From: a virus
Taxonomy: Duplodnaviria > Caudoviricetes
Reading direction: 5' to 3' (one strand)
Virus record (IMG/VR): IMGVR_UViG_2758568729_000001
Location: 32,001-96,000 of that record
Length of the DNA stretch: 64,000 nucleotides
The notes beneath the pieces were generated by a model, which made no database searches, was not told the DNA's origin, and was given only the letters and a program-made list of their open reading frames with translations. The translations under genes were made by a program, and so were the position numbers. Shown here piece by piece: positions 55,001 through 63,189 of this stretch (within the stretch, counting starts at the first letter, position 1; each line of letters opens with the position of its first letter).

Positions 55001-55599
55001 GCGATCGCGCGCCGGTCGACGGTGAGCGGCACCCGCAGGGTCGGCATGGACTTCTGCGCCTTCGTGACAGCGGCGCGGGTCTGCTTCCGAACGTTCTTGT
55101 CATCGATCTTGACGGGGATGGTGGCCTGAACCCGCCGCTGCACCTGCTCGACCAAGGCCCGAAGCTCGGCCTCGTACTTGGCCCGCTTGGCCGGCTCGGT
55201 CGGCACGGTGACCTTGACCCGGCGTTGCAGGTCGGCGAGCTGCGCACCCAACTCGGCGCGAAGGCGCCCGGTTTCGGCGGTGACCGGGATCTTCGTTTCG
55301 ACCTGGCGGGCGATCCGGGCGGTGTCCGCCTTGACCTTGTCCAAAAAGGCGCGGGTCATCGGGTCGAGCTGCACCCGCGCCCGAGGCGGGTTCTTGGTGG
55401 GGATCTCGCTGGGCAGGTCGGACGGGTCGATGTCCGGCCGGATCTTGACCTTCACACCGCTGAGGGCGTCGCCGATCTCCTTGTCCAAGCCGGCCTTCTT
55501 GAAGGCGGCGACGACCTCTTTGCGGAGCCGGGCGGCGAACCCCTTAGCGGATGCGTTGACTTCGACCGTGACGCTTCCTACAAGGATCGGGGATGTCAT
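52093..55599 (-). CDS. Tape measure protein
   Basis: 1168 aa Ala/Leu-rich helical repeats; AGRNLISGLIQGI...FLPFSPAKEGPLSG. Confidence 0.9.
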   Translation of the reverse strand: MTSPILVGSVTVEVNASAKGFAARLRKEVVAAFKKAGLDKEIGDALSGVKVKIRPDIDPSDLPSEIPTKNPPRARVQLDPMTRAFLDKVKADTARIARQVETKIPVTAETGRLRAELGAQLADLQRRVKVTVPTEPAKRAKYEAELRALVEQVQRRVQATIPVKIDDKNVRKQTRAAVTKAQKSMPTLRVPLTVDRRAIANVTRQITDLFTGGVAAALKTAAITAGAAIAASALFGLAGAAVAAIPALVQLGATVVTAAGALVAIPGAVAIAAAAIGTIRLGTVGLGEAFKAVGEGDAKALAEALKELAPNAAAFVKEVNKIKPAFDKLRLKIQNELFADTARTLRDLAKTGLPVLATGMTRLADTINRAVVTALRGLNTEANRNNIAQTFSAANSVVGELGRALRPVAQALLDVVRAGSQAVAVFTVGLGAAVTDLATRISAMANSGELQRMFFDGLNAAGELLKLARDIFGIFSGISKAAGEAGEGVFGLFRRINEAINSVEGQQNLTHFFSELTSTANSLAPAATALFLALSPLASAVADVAQAFSPGLTQLVEALAVGIASLSPAVSSLAPVLTAVAAAIQPLAQVFGQLLAGLSPGLVAAVESISSALSGLGQVATVAGSGFGSAFGPGSGFGSVASVASQVGKALGSVAAAAAPVLGQIAVIVAELVTRLAPGVTVFLSALADGLRPLAAVAPLVGNALGSLLAAVAPLLPVLGNGLAAALTFVATALTALATELGPVISLLTGGLVSALQVFLPVLTQLAATVLPLAARAGAAFAAALAPLVPALVSVAEVLAGRLLAALPQFVALAETLLPIGVQLATNFAAWGVRILPLVAQAVMGLAQALAPLLPALVGVATTIAQQLLAHMPLFASMAAQLVPVIIAVAQAFSANLMVALTALMPLLPDLIASGLQLMMAFSQLMIAVLPLLPVMMQLAGQLITLAVQSGSLKAAMAILSTIVGGATVALMLIRNAVAGAVAIIQVAAAATTAFGRAVKDGIGATIREFQRAGETIRNAVDGFGNLLRDAGRNLISGLIQGIRDKLGDLGSTMAGVASKIRGFLPFSPAKEGPLSGKGNPRYSGRSIAQLLAGGMDERTPLVAAAAGRLAAAVQFPVDGVGGLTPAPAPVRGGDHFEATLINSEATLAQLAALQQRQAIEARLGRAR

Positions 55600-55621
55600 G
55601 AGACACCCCCGACCGGCCGCG

Positions 55622-56473
55622 CTAGGTTGCTACGTCCTGCTGCGCCAGTCGTTCACGGACTGCGTCAGGGTAGGTCGAGACAATGAAGTCGACCAGATCG
55701 GCAACACGTTGCCCACGAAGATGGGGAGTTACCCACAACTCAAGATTCTCGGGCCTGTTGTCAAGTCGGTCGCCATTCTTGTGATGAACCGATTCGCGTC
55801 GGCTCAGCGACCGACCAAGCACGCTTTCCATGACTAGCCGGTGCTCGCCTACGAGTCGCCCGTTGATCGAGATAACCCGGTAGCCGTTTGGCTTGACGTG
55901 GCCCTTGCTGCCCGCCGACCCGTACAGGGGTCGGAGAGGTTTTCCTTCACGCTGTTGGCTGTCGTGCCCCGAGCACAGGGCACTGCCCTGACTGGTTCCC
56001 TTGGCTGGTCGGTCGCAGCCGTCGAAGCGGCAGGGTGGTCGAGGTCGCGAGGCCCTTCGGCGGTCGACCAAAATGGGCTTGAGGTCTTCGCCGCGAGCGC
56101 GTTGCTTTGCGTGAGTGTCACACAGGCCCCGGTTGCTGATCGCACGGTCGCATCCACTGAATTCACAGGACGGTGACGACCGGCGCTCCCGAACCCTGAG
56201 CGGCTTCAGGACGCCGTTGCGTCGGAGTTGCACTCCGTGTGGAGTGCATAGCCCTCGTGTCGACGCCCTGCGGTCGCAGTCCGCGAAATAGCAGACTTTG
56301 TATTCGCCGAGGTGTCTCGGTACCGCGTGCTTATAGCAGAACGGATGCGATCCACGTGCGACGAGACTACAACCGCCGTGCTGACAACGTGGCCTGCTGT
56401 TGTAGTGCTCAGGGCAGTTCGATGAGCCACGGTACCCACGATTTTCCGAGCACCCGTGTGCGGAGCATTTCAC
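55622..56473 (-). CDS. Free-standing HNH homing endonuclease with N-terminal C-x4-C...C..H repeats
   Basis: GY...EHRLVME..LGR.L...ESVHHKNGDRLDNRPENLELW; lower GC than flanks. Confidence 0.85.
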   Translation of the reverse strand: MKCSAHGCSENRGYRGSSNCPEHYNSRPRCQHGGCSLVARGSHPFCYKHAVPRHLGEYKVCYFADCDRRASTRGLCTPHGVQLRRNGVLKPLRVRERRSSPSCEFSGCDRAISNRGLCDTHAKQRARGEDLKPILVDRRRASRPRPPCRFDGCDRPAKGTSQGSALCSGHDSQQREGKPLRPLYGSAGSKGHVKPNGYRVISINGRLVGEHRLVMESVLGRSLSRRESVHHKNGDRLDNRPENLELWVTPHLRGQRVADLVDFIVSTYPDAVRERLAQQDVAT

Positions 56474-56568
56474 TTACCAATCATAGCGAGATGCATGACG
56501 TTCACCTATTTGATGCAACGCTGCCGACGAGGATGGGGGAGGTCACGGTTGACCTCCCCCAGCACTCG

Positions 56569-56991
56569 TCAGGTGGCGGGGATCAAACCGAGGTTCGCGA
56601 GCCGGGCGGCGTAGTCGTCGCCGCGCTGCTGCCGGGTTTTCACCGGCCGGTCCGCCGGCTGCTTGGCCGTGTCGGCGCCGACCTTGACCGGCTTCGGCCT
56701 GCTGCCCTTGCCGCCGCCACGCTGCCAGTTCGCGCCGGCGAGCAGGGTGCCGATGTGGGCGAGCAGGTGATCGCCCAAGTCGACGTCAGCGTTGTCGCCA
56801 GCGAGTTCCCGGTACAGGGCCGAGTCACGGCCCAGTCGCCGGATGAGGACCATCAGCTCCCGCGCTGTGTACCGTTCCGACGGGCGACCGTGGAGCGCCT
56901 TTTTGAGCCGGATGTGGTGGAACTGGCTGAGGTCTGACTCAATGGCTCCGCCGTGCTCCCGGAGGAGTTGGTGGAGCCCGAGGATTCCCCC
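56569..56991 (-). CDS. Tail assembly chaperone, -1 frameshift extension (gpT-like)
   Basis: -1 frame entered at GGGGGAA (56991-56985): GILGLHQLLREHGGAIESDL...ANWQRGGGKGSRPKP. Confidence 0.75.
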   Translation of the reverse strand, partial: GGILGLHQLLREHGGAIESDLSQFHHIRLKKALHGRPSERYTARELMVLIRRLGRDSALYRELAGDNADVDLGDHLLAHIGTLLAGANWQRGGGKGSRPKPVKVGADTAKQPADRPVKTRQQRGDDYAARLANLGLIPAT

Positions 56992-57329
56992 AGGTCTTCT
57001 CCGGAGTGCTGCTGCCACTGTTCGAACAGCAGACCGATGGCGGGGCTTGGTTGGTACTGGTCGTCCCACCGGGCGCGCTGCGCCGGGTCGAACCCGTAGG
57101 AGAAGATCTTCCGCAGGATGTCGAGGTCGACGTTGGCGACGTTGTCGGCACCGGTGATCGCGCTGAGTTCGTCCATCAGCCCGGCGGCCCGGTAGTCGAT
57201 CTCGGAGAAGTGCGGCAGTTCCCACTTCACCCCGCCGAAGCGGAACTTGAACGGGCGCTTCCTGACGGCCTGGAACGCGGCGTCGAGGTCGTACACCTCG
57301 TCTTCGTCGTCGTACGGCTGCTCAGACAT
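56853..57329 (-). CDS. Tail assembly chaperone (gpG-like)
   Basis: Between major tail and tape measure; ...DLGES then Ser-rich tail. Confidence 0.8.
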   Translation of the reverse strand: MSEQPYDDEDEVYDLDAAFQAVRKRPFKFRFGGVKWELPHFSEIDYRAAGLMDELSAITGADNVANVDLDILRKIFSYGFDPAQRARWDDQYQPSPAIGLLFEQWQQHSGEDLGESSGSTNSSGSTAEPLSQTSASSTTSGSKRRSTVARRNGTQRGS

Positions 57330-57591
57330 GCTGCTGCACCTCCTCTTCGGTTTCGGTGGGTTCCTCGGCGCTGATCACGACGTGCCGGGCGAACAGGGTG
57401 AGGGTCACCAGCACCTCATCGCGGTTGACCAGCTCGATCCCGTGGACCTTGACCGGGTGGCCTTCGGGGACCAGCAGGGGCTGACCGTTGATCCGGACCT
57501 CGTTCGGGACGATGACGTCCCCGGCCGGTGTGTCCATCGGCTCGCGCCGCTTCTCGACGATCTCGATGACCGCCCCGCGTGGTTCAGCCAC
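57322..57591 (-). CDS. Small hypothetical protein in tail region
   Basis: Overlap coupling; EVRINGQPL similar to upstream gene. Confidence 0.6.
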   Translation of the reverse strand: MAEPRGAVIEIVEKRREPMDTPAGDVIVPNEVRINGQPLLVPEGHPVKVHGIELVNRDEVLVTLTLFARHVVISAEEPTETEEEVQQHV

Positions 57592-57988
57592 CGACGACCT
57601 CCGGGGTCCAGCCGGGGATGCTCTCCCGGGGATCCCGCTGGGCAGGGTTGCCCCACGACCGGGAGGCCCGCCCTTCCGGGGTAGTCACGGGCGCGGCCCG
57701 CCCGATCGACACCTGGTCGGCGTCCACGGTGAAGACGACGACGGTGCCGGTCGGGCTGTGGCCGATCTCGTAGCCGCGCACCACCGCCGGGATCAGGACC
57801 CCGTTGACGCGGACGTCGAAGGTCGGCGGGCCGGGCAGTTCGGCCTTAGGTTCGGCCTTCGGTTCGGCGTCGGCGGGCAGGTGGCCGAGGCCGGCGAGCT
57901 TCTGGGTGTAGTCGGCGTTCCGGCGGGCGGCGCGTTCGGTGATGACCACCGACACCTGTCCACCGGATCCGCCTGCGGTCATGGGCAT
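57584..57988 (-). CDS. Hypothetical protein in tail region
   Basis: RBS AAGGAG; DVRVNGVLI. Confidence 0.55.
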   Translation of the reverse strand: MPMTAGGSGGQVSVVITERAARRNADYTQKLAGLGHLPADAEPKAEPKAELPGPPTFDVRVNGVLIPAVVRGYEIGHSPTGTVVVFTVDADQVSIGRAAPVTTPEGRASRSWGNPAQRDPRESIPGWTPEVVGG

Positions 57989-58088
57989 GCGGGTCTCCTT
58001 CGTGCGGGTCTTGTGCGGGTTCGGGTGGTGAGGTTGGGGACGCTGGCCGGCGACCCGCACGGACTCCGGCCAGCGCCGTACAGGGGGT

Positions 58089-58649
58089 CTACGAGGAGAG
58101 CGCGTCGTCCACGTAGTACCGGTAGGCGACGACGCCGGACTGATCCACGTAGCAGGACAAGGTCCACTCGTAGACGGTGATCTCGGAGTTGGACCAGACG
58201 ACGTCGCCGCGCTCGGTGACCTCGCCGAGGGGGACGACGATCCGCAGGCCACGGGTGCCGTCGATACCGTGGAGCACCCAGGACCGGATGTCCGTGACGG
58301 GGGCGACCTCTTCGACGGTGACCCCGGTCGCGGTCTGGGTGATCGTCGAGCCGGGGAACTGGACACCGATCGTGGTCAGGTTGGTCTCGGCGGCGGCGAA
58401 GGTGAAGGTCTTGACGAACTGGCCGGGGATCCGGCGGGCCAGGGTCGAGCCCTGCCAGATGAACAGGTCGGTGCGGTCCTGGGAGGTGGCTTCGGTGACG
58501 CCGTCCTCGCTGATGGCACCGACCTCGGCGAGGTCGCCGGACAGGGCGGCCACACCATCGGTCGGCAGGGTGGGGTTCGAGTCGCCGAACGCGGAGACGG
58601 CGACGAGCCCGTTGTTGTAGGCACGGATGAGAGAGACGTCGACCGCCAT
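58089..58649 (-). CDS. Major tail (tube) protein
   Basis: VGAISEDGVT, WQG, FTFAAAET, GEVTERGDV, YEWTLSCY. Confidence 0.85.
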   Translation of the reverse strand: MAVDVSLIRAYNNGLVAVSAFGDSNPTLPTDGVAALSGDLAEVGAISEDGVTEATSQDRTDLFIWQGSTLARRIPGQFVKTFTFAAAETNLTTIGVQFPGSTITQTATGVTVEEVAPVTDIRSWVLHGIDGTRGLRIVVPLGEVTERGDVVWSNSEITVYEWTLSCYVDQSGVVAYRYYVDDALSS

Positions 58650-58731
58650 CGGTCAGCTCCTTCGGGCATGGGGACGGCCCGGCGGTCGCGCCGGGTGAGG
58701 GAAAAGGGGTGTGCGGGTCCCTTGTGGCCGA

Positions 58732-59067
58732 TCAGGGCAGCCGGTAGGCCGAGAGCTTGAGGTCCGCGTGGTCGACGTCGACCTGCATCTGAGCCCCGTA
58801 CGTGGCCTGGTCGAACGGGCCGATGTACCGGGACGCGGCGGCGGGGATCTCGTAGGTGCGCGGGGTGACGGCTTGGCCGTCCACGTCGCGGGCGAACCGA
58901 ACGGTGACGGTTCGGGCGGTCGCGGCGCCGTTGCTGTTACGAACCAGCAAGATCACCTTGCCGTTGTTGGCGACCACGTGGTTGTCGGTGGCGTTGCCGT
59001 TGGTCTCGGCCGCCGGTGCGATACCGGCGCGGGTGACCTCGGTGACAGGAATGGAGACGCGGGGCAT
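58732..59067 (-). CDS. Small virion beta-protein
   Basis: Beta-rich 111 aa between tail terminator and major tail. Confidence 0.6.
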   Translation of the reverse strand: MPRVSIPVTEVTRAGIAPAAETNGNATDNHVVANNGKVILLVRNSNGAATARTVTVRFARDVDGQAVTPRTYEIPAAASRYIGPFDQATYGAQMQVDVDHADLKLSAYRLP

Positions 59068-59132
59068 GGGGTCCTCCGGGCATGCGGAAACGGCCGAGCC
59101 CGGAGCCGGGTCGGCGCAGGTTGGTACAGGGG

Positions 59133-59528
59133 TCAGATGAGGCCGTGCAGGGCGACCCGGTAGGTCGCGTCCCGGCGGAACACGGCCGGGTCAGGTGCCC
59201 AGGTGGGCGACATGGCGGTGGTCACCGACTTGATGACCACCCCGCCGAGGACGGTGTTCGGCAGCCGCAGCCGCAGGGCGGCCCGGATACCGGTGGACAC
59301 CGCCCGGACACGATCGGCGTCGGCCCCGTAGACGTTGACGTCGAGCAGGGCGATGTCGAGAGTGAGTTGCTGGTCGCCGTCGTCGCCGCCCCGTTGCACG
59401 TGGGCGATCGGGGCGGTGTAGTCGTACCCGGGCGGCAACCGGGGATCAGCCCACGCCTTGACCCCGAGGGTGGACACCAACCAGTCGGCGATCAGGGTCT
59501 CCGGGTCCGCGTACGTCGGTTGCGCCAC
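59133..59528 (-). CDS. Tail terminator protein
   Basis: DPETLIADWL, VQRGG, LDVNVYG; synteny. Confidence 0.75.
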   Translation of the reverse strand: MAQPTYADPETLIADWLVSTLGVKAWADPRLPPGYDYTAPIAHVQRGGDDGDQQLTLDIALLDVNVYGADADRVRAVSTGIRAALRLRLPNTVLGGVVIKSVTTAMSPTWAPDPAVFRRDATYRVALHGLI

Positions 59529-59531
59529 GAG

Positions 59532-59861
59532 TCACCCCCGGGCGGTCGCAGCACGCAGGGCGTCGCGCATGATGTGCTGCGCCGGGGCACCGAGGCTGTT
59601 GCCGCGCTCCACCCAGTAGCCGTGGGGGGCGAGGTTCGTGACCCGGGCGCCGGCGCCCGTCCGGGACCGGTGCGGGGTGACGTCGAACCCACCCGGCTCG
59701 ATGGTCCCGTACGCGTACTGGCCGGTGACGACCGGCGGGTTCATCTCGGCCGCGATCCGGACCAGCTCGGCGCGGCGCACCATCTCGTCCTGCATGAAGT
59801 CGGCCCGGACCATCCGGTTGACCCCGACCCGGCTGACTTTGACCTTCACCTTGACCGTCAC
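59532..59861 (-). CDS. Neck/tail-completion protein (HK97 gp10-like)
   Basis: PVVTGQY, WVERG....PAQHIMRDAL. Confidence 0.75.
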   Translation of the reverse strand: MTVKVKVKVSRVGVNRMVRADFMQDEMVRRAELVRIAAEMNPPVVTGQYAYGTIEPGGFDVTPHRSRTGAGARVTNLAPHGYWVERGNSLGAPAQHIMRDALRAATARG

Positions 59862-59871
59862 GGCAGCCCCC

Positions 59872-60606
59872 TCACAGATAGTCGTCGCCCCAGGGGACTG
59901 GCCTGGGGAAGGAGTAGATGGGCATCACCGCGTGGTCCTGGCCGGGGGTGGTGCCGGTCTCATCCGCGAGCGCCCTCACCAGGTCGGCCCGGGTGCGCTC
60001 GGCGAGCTGCTGCAACTGGGTGGCCCGGTTCAGCGACACATCCGAGTCCGGCCAGCCGCGCTCCACGGCGGCGGCGGCGTACAGGGCTGCGGCCACGGAA
60101 GCGGTTTCGGCGAGCGCCGTGGTGACGGTTGGGGCGACGGTGGTTACCCAGGCGACCCCGTCGGCGATGAGCCGGTCGACCTGCACCCCGGCGGGCCGGG
60201 TGGTCGAATCGAACGTGTGCGGGTAGATGTCGGCCTTGGTCGTGGTGGTGGCGGTCGATCGCACGAGGGTGCGGGTCGGTACGTAGTTCGCCACCCTGCT
60301 CCGCCCGGGTGTCCAGGTGGGTCCACCCGCTACTGGGGACGCGGAGACGTACACCTCTTGGGTCTCAACGCCGGCCCCCGTGCCGGTAACAGTCCACGTG
60401 AGGACCCACCGGCCGGGGTAGGTGTACGTGACCGGGGTGGTGATCCACGTCTGGACACCTGCGTTCGTGCCCTCCACATACGGCACGAGAGTGCTCGTCG
60501 TGCCGCCCGGACCGGTCACCACCAAGGTCGCGGCCGTGGTGCCGTCGAACGGAGTCACCGTCAGGCGTGGGGTTTCGGCATCACCAACACCAACATCGGT
60601 GGCCAC
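59872..60606 (-). CDS. Head-to-tail adaptor-like protein with N-terminal Ig-like domain
   Basis: N-terminal beta sandwich; helical C-terminus; synteny. Confidence 0.6.
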   Translation of the reverse strand: MATDVGVGDAETPRLTVTPFDGTTAATLVVTGPGGTTSTLVPYVEGTNAGVQTWITTPVTYTYPGRWVLTWTVTGTGAGVETQEVYVSASPVAGGPTWTPGRSRVANYVPTRTLVRSTATTTTKADIYPHTFDSTTRPAGVQVDRLIADGVAWVTTVAPTVTTALAETASVAAALYAAAAVERGWPDSDVSLNRATQLQQLAERTRADLVRALADETGTTPGQDHAVMPIYSFPRPVPWGDDYL

Positions 60607-60608
60607 AG

Positions 60609-61700
60609 TTACCCCCTGCTCGTGGTCGCGGTCAGGGACGGGCGGCTACTCGACGCGGTATGAACACCGGGCCGGTACTGCGGCAGGTGTTCCGGTACGG
60701 CGGCGGTGAGTACGCTTCCGGCGCTCAGGTCGGCGGCGGCGAAGTGGTTCAGCGCGGCCGTCGCCGTGAGGACGCTGCTCGCGGCGAGCGCGGCAGCCGC
60801 CCGCATCGTCGCCGTACCGGTGCCGCCGAGCGTGAAACTCGCGGACAGGTGGGCGGCGGCTTCCTGCTGCCGGGCACCAGCTGCGGTGAGGGTCGACGAT
60901 CCGACCAGCGCGGCGGCGGCGTACCGGGTCACGACCGGGGCGGCGGTCGCCGTGGTTGCCGACACCAGACCGGCGGCGGCCGGGACCACCCGGACCGCTG
61001 TGGCGGTAAGCGTTGAGGACGCGGCGAGGGCGGCGGCGGCAAGGTTCAGCCCGGCCAGCGCCAAGGACACGCCCTGCCGCTGCACGGTGGCCGACGCGGT
61101 CGCTACTCGTGTGCCGGTCGGGCCGGCGGCGGTCAGTTCCTGAGTGGCGATCAGCATCGTCGTGTTGCGCTGGGTGGTGCTCGTTGAGCACACGTCCACG
61201 CGTTCCGTTGTCGCCGCGTCGGCGGTCCAGGTGGCGGTGGTGTTGATGACGTTGAGAATCACGCCGTGGATTGCGACCAGCAGCGTTGACGTCGGCACGG
61301 GGGCTACCGACGGGGCGGTGACTACTGTGCCGTTGCTGTTCGTCTCGTCAACAGCAGAGGCGACTACAGTGGCGCTGGTGACTACCACGCACCCAATTGC
61401 GACCCGGGACGACGAATCGATCGTGAAGCTGACGCTGGCACCAACATCCCCGCTGGCCAGGGTTTTTGTCCACACGAGGAAGTTGCCGGAACTGGCTGTG
61501 TCGACGGTTGGGGTGCCGGGTAGGGCGGCCCAGCCGGCGGCGGCCATGTCGTTGGTCGGCAGCCCGGCGGAGATGGCCATGGCGAGTACCGCGAGGTGGC
61601 CGGCCTGCGCCCCCGCTCCGGCGTCCGGGAGGGTGATCGCTGCGGTGGTGCCGCCGAGGCTGCTGGCGGAGGTGGCTGCGACGTAGGTGGGTGCGGCCAC
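60609..61700 (-). CDS. Ala/Thr-rich virion fibre-like protein
   Basis: N-terminal beta domain paralogous to 62170-63189; C-terminal ~21-aa AAAL.ASS.LTA repeats. Confidence 0.6.
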   Translation of the reverse strand: MAAPTYVAATSASSLGGTTAAITLPDAGAGAQAGHLAVLAMAISAGLPTNDMAAAGWAALPGTPTVDTASSGNFLVWTKTLASGDVGASVSFTIDSSSRVAIGCVVVTSATVVASAVDETNSNGTVVTAPSVAPVPTSTLLVAIHGVILNVINTTATWTADAATTERVDVCSTSTTQRNTTMLIATQELTAAGPTGTRVATASATVQRQGVSLALAGLNLAAAALAASSTLTATAVRVVPAAAGLVSATTATAAPVVTRYAAAALVGSSTLTAAGARQQEAAAHLSASFTLGGTGTATMRAAAALAASSVLTATAALNHFAAADLSAGSVLTAAVPEHLPQYRPGVHTASSSRPSLTATTSRG

Positions 61701-61714
61701 GGCTCAACCCCCGC

Positions 61715-62098
61715 TCAGGACAGGGCGAGGGTGAACGACCCGGCGGGGAACGACAGGGAGTCCCCGGCGCCGACGGTCTTGCTGGCGGTCAAAGCCCCCC
61801 ACCACAGGCGGCGGGGCGAACCAGCGGAGTCCCAGACTTCGACGCCGACGACCGTTGCCGCAGGCAGGCCGGCGAACGTCACGGCACCGGAGCTCGCGGA
61901 CGCGCCGGCCGCAGCTGCGGTCATGGTGATGGTTTGCCGCGTGTACGACCCGCCGGTGACTTCGGTGCCGGCCGCAGTGGCGGACCCGTTCGCGGTGACC
62001 AACGCGAGCCGGATCGGGGTGGTGGGCGCCGTGTAGGAGGCGGTGCCCATGGTGGCATCGAGCAGGCGGTTGGCTTCGGTTGTGGTCAGGGCCGGCAC
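61715..62098 (-). CDS. Small fibre-associated virion protein
   Basis: LAL.TA, GTEVTGGSY.RQ, WDSA, GALTASKTV..GD...FPAG; RBS GAAAGG. Confidence 0.7.
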   Translation of the reverse strand: MPALTTTEANRLLDATMGTASYTAPTTPIRLALVTANGSATAAGTEVTGGSYTRQTITMTAAAAGASASSGAVTFAGLPAATVVGVEVWDSAGSPRRLWWGALTASKTVGAGDSLSFPAGSFTLALS

Positions 62099-62169
62099 AT
62101 CGGCCCCCTTTCGCGGTGAGCCGATGTGGGTGGTGGTGAGGTGGGGCCGGCCTCGGTGGGCGTGGTCGG

Positions 62170-63189
62170 CTACAGCCAGTCGTCTTGTGCGCGTAGCCGG
62201 ATCGGGTGCGGTTCCCACGCCCCGGCGACCCGGGCGCGGGCGGAGCCCATCGCGGCGACGCTGATGGTCACGAAGTCGATGCCGATCCCGGATCGGTCAT
62301 CGGTGACCGTCAGGCTGAACGTCAGGGTGGCCCCGGTGGTGGTTGCCGGGGCGGTGAACGTGGCGTCCACGGTGCCCGCCCCGGTGAGAGTCACCGGCGG
62401 CCCGGACTGCTGTGCCCACAGGTAGGCGGTGACCGTGCCGTCAAGGTCCGTCGACCCGGACGCGTTCAGGTGGACCGTCGCCCCCGGAGGGACGGACCGG
62501 TCAGGGCCTGCATTCGCGATCGGCGGCGCGTTCGTCGAGGACAGGATGATCGACGCGCAGGCGGGGCCCACGGTCGACTCGGACAGGCCGTGTGGGGTTG
62601 CCGGTACCGGGGCGTTGGTGCCGAGGGCCTTCGTCGCGAGCGCCTGCACCGCGTTCTTGAGCGTCAACGTGGTCGACACCGTTTGCCCGGCCAGGGTCCA
62701 CCCGACAGCAGGGGTCACCGTTGGCTGCGCCCCGGCCAGGTTGCAAGCCCCGCCGATGACCCCGAGGAGCACCGTTGTTGCCGCAGCCGGGGTGACCGCA
62801 GGGGTGTTCGGGGTGGCGGTCTGGGTGCCGGAGTACAGGGTGGTGATCTGCTCGACCACCACGGGTGCCCCACCGGTGTCGTACACGGCGGCCACGTTCA
62901 TGGCCCACCGGGTGCTGGCACCCAACCCGAACTCCAGGGCCGCCCCAGCGTCCCCGGCCTGGGCCCGCCGACGCGCACCACGCAGCGAACCGGTGGTGGT
63001 CGACGCCGGCACCATCTCCGCGAGCTCCGTCCACCCCGCCGGTGGAGCCAGGGTCGCGGCGGCGGCCAGAAGCTGGATGGTGGCGACGAGCAGGTCACCC
63101 GGTTGGGTACTGGCGGGGATGTTGCCGAGAGCCGTGGAGGTCGACCCGGCCGACGATGACGATTCGACGGCGCGCACCACAATGGTCAC
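62170..63189 (-). CDS. Virion protein with PKD/Ig-like domain
   Basis: NAPPIANAGPD...LNASGSTDLDG.V..YLW.Q.SG...FTAP...LTVTDD. Confidence 0.8.
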   Translation of the reverse strand: MTIVVRAVESSSSAGSTSTALGNIPASTQPGDLLVATIQLLAAAATLAPPAGWTELAEMVPASTTTGSLRGARRRAQAGDAGAALEFGLGASTRWAMNVAAVYDTGGAPVVVEQITTLYSGTQTATPNTPAVTPAAATTVLLGVIGGACNLAGAQPTVTPAVGWTLAGQTVSTTLTLKNAVQALATKALGTNAPVPATPHGLSESTVGPACASIILSSTNAPPIANAGPDRSVPPGATVHLNASGSTDLDGTVTAYLWAQQSGPPVTLTGAGTVDATFTAPATTTGATLTFSLTVTDDRSGIGIDFVTISVAAMGSARARVAGAWEPHPIRLRAQDDWL

